DNA from: Tagaea sp.
GTDB lineage: Bacteria > Pseudomonadota > Alphaproteobacteria > CACIAM-22H2
Direction of reading: 5' to 3'
Assembly (NCBI GenBank): GCA_965279525.1
Contig: CBDIIB010000005.1
Span: forward strand, 1,568,001-1,632,000
DNA length: 64,000 nt
Every line of letters begins with the position of its first letter. Position 1 is the first letter of the stretch. Both the position numbers and the translations under genes were made by a program. Below the pieces are notes generated by a model, which was not told the DNA's origin, searched no databases, and saw nothing but the letters and a program-made list of their open reading frames with translations. Of this stretch, positions 57,052-64,000 are shown one piece after another.

Positions 57052-57095
57052 TCCGGCCTATAGTTCCCGGCGTAGACAGGCCGACGGGGCACGCG

Positions 57096-57755
57096 ATGAC
57101 GGACGACGGCATTTTCGGCCAGATCAAGCGCAAGCTGGTCGATACCAAGCGCAAATGGGCGGACGAGGGCCGGCTCCTGACGGGCGTGGCAGCCGATCCG
57201 GCGACGCGCCTGCCGCCCGGCCAGCGCGAGGTCACGACCTGGCCGGTGCTCGACATCGGCATCCAGCCGCCGGTCACGGCGAAGGACTGGCGCCTGACCG
57301 TGGACGGTCTGGTCGACAATCCGGTCGCGTGGGACTGGGCCGCGTTCCACGCCGAGAAGCAGGAAGACTTCGTCAGCGACATCCATTGCGTGACCGCGTG
57401 GTCGCGCTTCGACAATCGCTGGCGCGGCCTGTCGACCCGCCGCCTGCTGGAGATCGTGCGCCCTCAGGCGGCCGCGAAGTTCGTCATCCAGCATTCCTAT
57501 GACGGCTATACGACGAACGTGCCGCTCGAATATTTTGCGGCCGACGACGTGCTGCTGGCGCACAGCTGGGAAGGCAGGCCGATCAGCCGCGAGCATGGCG
57601 GGCCGGTGCGTCTCATCCTGCCCAAGCTCTATCTGTGGAAGAGCGCCAAGTGGCTCAACCGGATCGAGTTCGTCGCCGAGGACAAGGCCGGCTTCTGGGA
57701 AGTGCGCGGCTATCACATGCGCGGCGATCCGTGGACGGAGGAACGATATGGCTAA
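57096..57755 (+). CDS. Sulfite oxidase-like molybdopterin oxidoreductase (YuiH-like)
   Basis: RLPPGQ, DIHCVTAWS, EHGGPVRL, WKSAKW, GFWE.RGYH. Confidence 0.9.
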   Translation: MTDDGIFGQIKRKLVDTKRKWADEGRLLTGVAADPATRLPPGQREVTTWPVLDIGIQPPVTAKDWRLTVDGLVDNPVAWDWAAFHAEKQEDFVSDIHCVTAWSRFDNRWRGLSTRRLLEIVRPQAAAKFVIQHSYDGYTTNVPLEYFAADDVLLAHSWEGRPISREHGGPVRLILPKLYLWKSAKWLNRIEFVAEDKAGFWEVRGYHMRGDPWTEERYG

Positions 57756-58389
57756 GGAAAATACCGGACCGATGGCGCGGATCTCGCGCCGGGTCTTTTC
57801 GGTCGCCGCTTTCGCCGTGGCGATGGGCGGCTATTATGGCGACAGGCTGGCAGGTGCCGCGCATGCCGGGCCGATCGCTGCGGGCAAGGGAAAGACGGGA
57901 ATGACCGCTTTCGATTTCGAGTTCGTGGGTATTGACGGCGCGCCGCTCAAGCTGCGCGACTTCGCCGGCAAGCCGTTGCTTGTCGTCAACACCGCCTCGA
58001 TGTGTGGCTACACGCCGCAATACACCGAACTCGAGGCGCTGTGGCGCGCCTACAAGGACAAGGGCCTCGTGCTGGTCGGCGTGCCGTCCGACGATTTCGG
58101 CCGGCAGGAACCCGGCACCAACGCCGAGATCAAGGCCTTCTGCGAGGGCTTCGACGTGTCGTTCCCGCTCGCCGAGAAGAACGTCGTGTCGGGTGCCGCG
58201 GCGCATCCGTTCTACCGCTGGCTTGCGGCCGAGCTGGGCGAGGGTGCACTGCCGCGCTGGAACTTCTTCAAATACCTGATCGGGCGCGACGGCATGCCGC
58301 GCGGGACCTGGCCCTCGCGCGTGACGCCGATGTCGGCCGAGATGCGCAAAGCGATCGACGAGGCGCTCGCGGCGCGCCCGCATGTCTGA
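57748..58389 (+). CDS. Glutathione peroxidase (Cys-type, BtuE-like) with possible Tat leader
   Basis: VNTASMCGYTPQY, FGRQEPG, WNFFKYL; alternative start 57901. Confidence 0.9.
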   Translation: MAKENTGPMARISRRVFSVAAFAVAMGGYYGDRLAGAAHAGPIAAGKGKTGMTAFDFEFVGIDGAPLKLRDFAGKPLLVVNTASMCGYTPQYTELEALWRAYKDKGLVLVGVPSDDFGRQEPGTNAEIKAFCEGFDVSFPLAEKNVVSGAAAHPFYRWLAAELGEGALPRWNFFKYLIGRDGMPRGTWPSRVTPMSAEMRKAIDEALAARPHV

Positions 58390-59530
58390 GTTCGGTGCTG
58401 TCTGCCGCGACGAGTTCCTTCTCGATCCGGCCGTCACGATCCTGAATCACGGCTCGTTCGGCGCCACGCCGCGTGTGGTGATGGACGCCGCCGAAGGCTG
58501 GCGCCGGCGCATGGAAGCCGATACGACGGGCTTCATCCGCCGCATCTGGCCGTCGGCCGTCGCCGCCGCGCGCAATGCCGCCGCATCGTTCCTGAAGGCC
58601 GATCCCGAGGGGCTGGTGCTGGTCGACAACGCCACGCAAGGGGCGAACGCGGTGCTGCAGTCGCTCTGCTTTTCACCCGGCGACGAGATCGCTATCACCA
58701 CGCACGGCTATCGGGCGGTCGCGAAGACGGTCGAGCTTGCCTGCCGGCGCACCGGTGCCGTCCCGCGCATCGTGGCGCTGCCGTTCGACGGGATTTCCGA
58801 CGACGCGGTGGTCGCGGCCGTCGGAGCCGCGATCAGGCCACGCACGAAGCTCGTCATCGTCGACCACATCACCTCGCCGACCGCACTGGTGCTGCCGGTC
58901 GCGCGTCTGGTCGCGGAAGCTCGAAAGCATGGCGTGCCGATCCTGGTCGACGGGGCGCACGCACCGGGCCAGATCGATCTCGATCTTGGCGCGCTCGATG
59001 CGGACTTCTATGTCGGTAACGCGCACAAATGGATGTTCGCGGGCAAGGGTGCGGCGATCCTTTCGGTCGCGGCGCGCTGGCGCGGGCGGATCCACCCGAC
59101 ATCGATCTCGCACGGGCTGGACAAGGGTCTGCACGCCGAGTTCGACTGGACGGGCACGCGCGACGTGGGCAGCTGGCTGTCGGTGCCCGACGGGATCGCG
59201 TTCGGCAACCGGTATGGCTGGGCGCGCATCCGTGCCCACAACGACGACCTGTGTGCGCGGGCGGCCGCGCGCATCGCGGCTGCCTACGGCACCGATATCT
59301 GCGGGCCTGCCTCCATGCGTGCCCATCTCGCGGCGATCCGGCTGCCGCTCGACGGTCCGGCGGACGAGGTACACGCACTGGCGCTCTATTCGGCCCTCTA
59401 CGACCGCCACCGGATCCAGGCGCCGGTCATGGCGTTCGGCGACCGGCTGTGGGTGCGCGTCGCGGCGCAGATCTACAACGACATGGCGCAGTACGAGCGG
59501 CTCGCCGCCGTCGACTGGAAGGCGCTCTAG
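58382..59530 (+). CDS. PLP-dependent class V aminotransferase (isopenicillin N epimerase / cysteine lyase-like)
   Basis: LNHGSFGA, DHITSPT, DGAHAPG, GNAHKW, WTGTRD. Confidence 0.88.
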   Translation: MSEFGAVCRDEFLLDPAVTILNHGSFGATPRVVMDAAEGWRRRMEADTTGFIRRIWPSAVAAARNAAASFLKADPEGLVLVDNATQGANAVLQSLCFSPGDEIAITTHGYRAVAKTVELACRRTGAVPRIVALPFDGISDDAVVAAVGAAIRPRTKLVIVDHITSPTALVLPVARLVAEARKHGVPILVDGAHAPGQIDLDLGALDADFYVGNAHKWMFAGKGAAILSVAARWRGRIHPTSISHGLDKGLHAEFDWTGTRDVGSWLSVPDGIAFGNRYGWARIRAHNDDLCARAAARIAAAYGTDICGPASMRAHLAAIRLPLDGPADEVHALALYSALYDRHRIQAPVMAFGDRLWVRVAAQIYNDMAQYERLAAVDWKAL

Positions 59531-60156
59531 GCGCGTTTGAGCGAGGCGGTCAGCAGGCCCGCGCCGACCAGCATGGCGCCCCCGGCGCGGTTGAGCGTGC
59601 GCATCGTGGCCGGCTTGACGACCTTCCGGCGCGCGGTGCCGAGCGCCAGCACATAGCCGCCCTGGATCGCGACTGCGAGCGCCACGAAGGTCAGCATCAG
59701 CGCCATGACCTGGGGCAGCAGCGGGTGCACCGGATCGAGGAACTGCGGCAGGAACGCCGCGAAGAACAGGATGCCCTTGGGGTTGAGCAGCGTGACCGTG
59801 AAGCTGCGCAGGATCGCCGCGCGCACGCCGACGCGCTCGGCCGGGGCGGCGTCGAGTCCGGCGGGCGGTGCGCGCCACAGGCCGATGCCGAGCCACACGA
59901 GATAGACGGCACCGATCCATTTGAGGATCTCGAAGGCGAGGGCGGAGGCCGACAGGATCGCGCTGAAGCCGAGGACCGACAGGCTGATCGCGCACACGTC
60001 GCCGACGGCGACGCCGATCAGGCTGAGGAGGCCCATCGACCGCCCACCGGAGAGCGTATGGCCGAGCACCACGAGCGTGGTCGGTCCGGGGATCGCGATC
60101 AGGATGGCGGCGGCGGCCGCGAAGGCGAGCCAGAGGTCGGGGCTGACGGGCATCAT
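59527..60156 (-). CDS. LysE/RhtB family exporter
   Basis: [28 protein letters not shown]. Confidence 0.92.
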   Translation of the reverse strand: MMPVSPDLWLAFAAAAAILIAIPGPTTLVVLGHTLSGGRSMGLLSLIGVAVGDVCAISLSVLGFSAILSASALAFEILKWIGAVYLVWLGIGLWRAPPAGLDAAPAERVGVRAAILRSFTVTLLNPKGILFFAAFLPQFLDPVHPLLPQVMALMLTFVALAVAIQGGYVLALGTARRKVVKPATMRTLNRAGGAMLVGAGLLTASLKRA

Positions 60157-60263
60157 CGCGACAGCCAGCCACGCTTCGGTCCGGTCTGGCAAGTCCCGCT
60201 TGCCGAGCCCCTGCGTCCTGGGCGATTGTCGCGCCAACGAAGAATCAGGGGAGCGACGTCCGT

Positions 60264-61820
60264 ATGCCCGGCCCGTATCTGCTTGCCATCGATCAGGGAA
60301 CCACCTCGACGCGCGCCATCGTGTTCGGCTCCGACGGCGCCCCCGTCGCGTCGGCGCAGGTCGAACTCAAGCAGCATTATCCGCAGCCCGGCTGGGTCGA
60401 GCATGATGCCGAGGATATCTGGACCGCGACAGTCTCGGTCGTTCGCCGCGCCCTTGCCAACGCGCGCCTGACGGCGGCGGACGTGGCGGCCCTCGGGATC
60501 ACCAACCAGCGCGAGACGACCGTGCTGTGGGACCGCGCGACCGGCAAGCCGATCCACAAGGCGCTTGTCTGGCAGGACCGGCGCACGGCCGACTGGTGCC
60601 GCAGGATGCGCAAGGAAGTTGGCGACGGCGAACTGGGCAAGCGCACGGGCCTGCTTTTCGACGCCTATTTCTCGGGTTCGAAGATCGCATGGCTGCTCGA
60701 CAACGTGGCCGGTGCGCGCGCTGCGGCCAAGGCCGGCAAGCTCGCCTTCGGCACGATCGACACGTTCCTGCTTTGGCGCCTGACGGGTGGAAAAGTTCAC
60801 GCGACGGACGCAACCAACGCCGCGCGCACGATGATCTTCGATATCGGCAAGCAGAAATGGGATGCGGAGCTTCTCAAGACGTTCGACATCCCGGCCTCGC
60901 TGCTGCCCGACGTGCGCGACAGCGCCGCCGATTTTGGTGCCACCGACGCGAAGCTCTTCGGCGGCGCCATCGCCATCCGCGGCATCGCCGGCGACCAGCA
61001 GGCCGCGACGGTCGGCCAGGCTTGTTTCCAGCCGGGCATGGTCAAGAGCACCTACGGTACCGGCTGTTTCATGCTGCTCAACACCGGCACGAAGTTCGTG
61101 CGCTCGAAGAACCGGCTCCTTTCCACGGTCGCCTACCGGCTCAAGGGCAAGGTCGCCTACGCGCTCGAAGGATCGATCTTCATCTCCGGCGCCGTCGTGC
61201 AGTGGGTGCGCGACGGGCTCAAAGCCGTGACCAAAGCCTCCGAAAGCGAGGCGCTCGCCATGTCGGTACCGGACAATGGCGGCGTCTATCTGGTCCCGGC
61301 CTTCACCGGGCTGGGGGCGCCCTGGTGGGATCCCGACGCGCGCGGCGCCATCTTCGGCCTGACGCGGGATTCAGGCCTGCCGCACATCGTGCGCGCGGCC
61401 CTCGAATCGACCGCCTACCAGACGCGCGACCTGATGGGCGCCATGCGGGCCGACATGGGGCCGAAAGCGGCGCTGAGGACGATCCGGGTCGATGGCGGCA
61501 TGGTCGCCAACAACTGGGTCATGCAGTTCCTCGCCGACCAGCTTGACCTCGAGGTCGACCGGCCCTTGGTCACCGAGACGACGGCCTGGGGAGCGGCGGC
61601 ACTCGCTGGCCTGGGTGCAGGTGTATATGCGTCGATCGACGACATCGCGAAGGCAAGGCAGGTGGAGCGCTGCTTCCGGCCCCGGGACGCACGCACCGTA
61701 AACGATAAATTGTATGCAGGATGGCAGGACGCGGTCGCGCGCGTGCGTTCCGATTTCGGCGGAAAACCCGCGCAGAGGGGCTTGGGGACCAAGCGGCCCC
61801 GTGCTAAAGCTACGTCATAA
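60264..61820 (+). CDS. glpK: Glycerol kinase
   Basis: [39 protein letters not shown]. Confidence 0.95.
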   Translation: MPGPYLLAIDQGTTSTRAIVFGSDGAPVASAQVELKQHYPQPGWVEHDAEDIWTATVSVVRRALANARLTAADVAALGITNQRETTVLWDRATGKPIHKALVWQDRRTADWCRRMRKEVGDGELGKRTGLLFDAYFSGSKIAWLLDNVAGARAAAKAGKLAFGTIDTFLLWRLTGGKVHATDATNAARTMIFDIGKQKWDAELLKTFDIPASLLPDVRDSAADFGATDAKLFGGAIAIRGIAGDQQAATVGQACFQPGMVKSTYGTGCFMLLNTGTKFVRSKNRLLSTVAYRLKGKVAYALEGSIFISGAVVQWVRDGLKAVTKASESEALAMSVPDNGGVYLVPAFTGLGAPWWDPDARGAIFGLTRDSGLPHIVRAALESTAYQTRDLMGAMRADMGPKAALRTIRVDGGMVANNWVMQFLADQLDLEVDRPLVTETTAWGAAALAGLGAGVYASIDDIAKARQVERCFRPRDARTVNDKLYAGWQDAVARVRSDFGGKPAQRGLGTKRPRAKATS

Positions 61821-61840
61821 AAGCTTCACGGTTCCGTCCC
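61812..61840 (+). promoter_or_regulatory. Putative Pho box upstream of ugpB
   Basis: ACGTCAT-AAAA-GCTTCAC-GGTT-CCGTCCC: 11-bp periodic repeats resembling CTGTCAT-A(A/T)A(T/A)-CTGTCA(C/T). Confidence 0.6.
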
Positions 61841-61925
61841 GCAGGGGACACGCCTGAAGCCTAAACGACGCGACATCGGTTCGAAGATCGATCCGTCGCG
61901 CGCAATAGAGGAGAGGAAGAAACCC

Positions 61926-63263
61926 ATGTATCTCGGTCGTACGCTTTCGAGGACATTCCAGGCTGCGCTGCTGGCCGCCACGGCACTGACCGTCGCGACC
62001 CCGGCGTCCGCCCAGGTCGAAATCCAGTGGTGGCATGCCCTGACGGGCGCCAACAACGACGTGGTCAACCGGCTTGCCGCCGAGTTCAACGCCTCGCAGA
62101 ACGAGTACAAAGTCGTCGCGGCCTACAAGGGCTCCTATGCGGACACGATGAACGCCGGCATCGCGGCCTTCCGCGCCGGCAACGCGCCGCATATCCTTCA
62201 GGTATTCGAGGTCGGCACGGCCACGATGATGGCCGCCAAGGGCGCCATCAAGCCGGTCGCCGACCTGATGAAGGACGCCAACGAGCGGTTCGATCCCTCG
62301 TCGTACCTGCCGGCCGTCGCCGGCTACTACTCGACGGCGAAGGGCGAGATGCTGTCCTTCCCGTTCAACTCGTCCTCGACGGTGATGTGGTACAACAAGG
62401 ACGCCTTCAAGAAGGCTGGCCTCAATCCCGACGCACCGCCGAAGACCTGGCCCGAAGTGTTTGATGCCGCCAAGAAGCTGAAGGCGGCGGCGACGCCGAA
62501 CTGCGGTTTCTCGACCGCGTGGGTCACCTGGGTCAACATCGAGCAGTTTTCGGTGTGGCACAACATCCCGATCGGGACGAAGTCGAACGGCATCGACGGG
62601 TTCGACACCGTTCTCCAGATCAACTCGCCGCTGCACGTCAAGCACATCGCCAACCTCGCCGAGCTGGTGAAGGACAAGACCTACGTCTATGGCGGCCGGA
62701 CGAACACCGGCGAAGGCGCGTTCACGTCGGGCGAGTGCGGGATCCTGCTCACGTCGTCGGGCTTCTACGGCAACGTTAAGGCGAACGCCAAGTTCGACTG
62801 GGCGAATGCCGCGATGCCGTACTATCCGGACGCCGCTGGCGCCCCGCAGAACTCCACGCTGGGCGGTGCCTCGCTGTGGGTGATGGGTGGCAAGCCGAAC
62901 AATGACTACCGCGGTGTGGCGAAGTTCTTCACCTTCCTGTCCGACACCGACCGTCAGGCGAAGCTGCACACCGAATCCGGCTATCTGCCGATCACCAAGG
63001 CGGCCTACGAAAAGGTCAAGGCGTCGGGGTTCTACAAGGAGAATCCCTACCTCGAGACGCCGCTGAAGGAGCTGACCAACAAGCCGCCGACGGAGCACTC
63101 GAAGGGGCTGCGCTTCGGCAACCTCGTCCAGATCCGCGACGTGTGGTCGGAGGAGATCGAGGAAGCCCTCGCCGGCAAGAAGACGGCACAGCAGGCGATG
63201 GACGCGGCCGTAAGCCGCGGCAACACGATGCTGCGCCAGTTCGAGCGTACCGTCACACGCTGA
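61926..63263 (+). CDS. ugpB: sn-glycerol-3-phosphate ABC transporter substrate-binding protein
   Basis: IQWWHA, YKGSY, QVFEVGTATM, PFNSST, GGASLW. Confidence 0.95.
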   Translation: MYLGRTLSRTFQAALLAATALTVATPASAQVEIQWWHALTGANNDVVNRLAAEFNASQNEYKVVAAYKGSYADTMNAGIAAFRAGNAPHILQVFEVGTATMMAAKGAIKPVADLMKDANERFDPSSYLPAVAGYYSTAKGEMLSFPFNSSSTVMWYNKDAFKKAGLNPDAPPKTWPEVFDAAKKLKAAATPNCGFSTAWVTWVNIEQFSVWHNIPIGTKSNGIDGFDTVLQINSPLHVKHIANLAELVKDKTYVYGGRTNTGEGAFTSGECGILLTSSGFYGNVKANAKFDWANAAMPYYPDAAGAPQNSTLGGASLWVMGGKPNNDYRGVAKFFTFLSDTDRQAKLHTESGYLPITKAAYEKVKASGFYKENPYLETPLKELTNKPPTEHSKGLRFGNLVQIRDVWSEEIEEALAGKKTAQQAMDAAVSRGNTMLRQFERTVTR

Positions 63264-63277
63264 ACTTGGGTTGACGG

Positions 63278-63307
63278 GCGGGCCGGATCCTTTGCGATCC
63301 GGCCCGC
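63278..63307 (+). other. Intergenic hairpin between ugpB and ugpA
   Basis: GCGGGCCGGATC-CTTTGC-GATCCGGCCCGC, 12-bp perfect stem. Confidence 0.7.
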
Positions 63308-63343
63308 TTCGTCGTTTCGCCACGCAATCGGGAATCGCACGAC

Positions 63344-64000
63344 ATGGAAAGACGCGCGCTGTTCGGCGGCAAGGCCTTGCCCTACGCACTGCTGCTGCCG
63401 CAGTTCGCGATCGTCGTCGTGTTCTTCTATCTGCCGGCCTTCCAGGCGGTCTGGCAGTCGCTGCTGATGCAGGACGCATTCGGAATCTCGACCGAGTTCG
63501 TCTGGTTCGAGAACTACACGATCCTCGCCGCCAATCCCGAATACTACAAGACGATGGGGACGACGGCGGTTTTCTCGGCGCTCGTCGCCTTCCTGTCGCT
63601 GTCGTGCGGCCTGCTGCTCGCGGTCATGGCCGACAAGCAGATCAAGGGTGCCACGATCTACAAGACGATGCTGATCTGGCCCTATGCGGTGGCGCCGGCC
63701 GTTGCCGGTGTCCTCTGGCTTTTCATGTTCCAGCCGTCGCTCGGGATGCTGGCGCTGGTCCTGCGCAGCTGGGGCATCGACTGGAATCCGCTTCTCAACG
63801 GCAACCACGCGATGACGCTGGTCGTCCTGGCGGCCACCTGGAAGCAGATTTCGTATAACTTCCTGTTCTTCCTCGCCGGCCTTGCCGCGATCCCCAAGAG
63901 CGTGATCGAGGCGGCCGCCATCGACGGCGCCAGGCCCATGCGCCGCTTCTGGACGATCATCTTCCCGCTGCTGTCGCCGACGGCCTTCTTCCTGCTCGTC
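63344..64000 (+). CDS. ugpA: sn-glycerol-3-phosphate ABC transporter permease (partial)
   Basis: Manual translation [20 protein letters not shown]...DAFG...[12 protein letters not shown]...WKQISYNF...EAAAIDGA; runs off the window end. Confidence 0.93.
   Translation, partial: MERRALFGGKALPYALLLPQFAIVVVFFYLPAFQAVWQSLLMQDAFGISTEFVWFENYTILAANPEYYKTMGTTAVFSALVAFLSLSCGLLLAVMADKQIKGATIYKTMLIWPYAVAPAVAGVLWLFMFQPSLGMLALVLRSWGIDWNPLLNGNHAMTLVVLAATWKQISYNFLFFLAGLAAIPKSVIEAAAIDGARPMRRFWTIIFPLLSPTAFFLLV

Overview
A GC-rich, gene-dense 64-kb chromosomal segment from an alphaproteobacterium. The argD-argF-hslO and metZ-apaG-folE-argE gene orders, a SAM-II riboswitch, PAS_5 and GT41 genes point to a Rhodospirillales-like organism (inference). 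About 65 CDS, one tRNA-Gly(CCC) and several regulatory sites can be supported. Recognisable functions include mmsA, alternative oxidase, a P460/c'-beta-family cytochrome with an amicyanin-like cupredoxin, a probably sigma54-controlled deaminase/NMT1/FAD-oxidase module, crcB, paaX-paaABCDE, ABC and TAXI-TRAP transporters, corA, metZ, apaG, folE, argE, argDF, hslO, recX, glpK and ugpBA. No integrase, transposase or CRISPR array was seen. The most unusual region is a divergent five-gene cluster of exported TPR and lectin-like proteins (16703-21294). Two otherwise dissimilar, oppositely oriented proteins in it both end in P-x-P-x-HRDPI-stop, which also forms a 20/22-bp inverted repeat around a 2.45-kb segment. 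Other uncharacterised modules are a flavin amine oxidase-SAM methyltransferase fusion next to an ABC exporter, and a zincin-Sel1 fusion protein. All calls were made by eye from motifs; no database searches were run.
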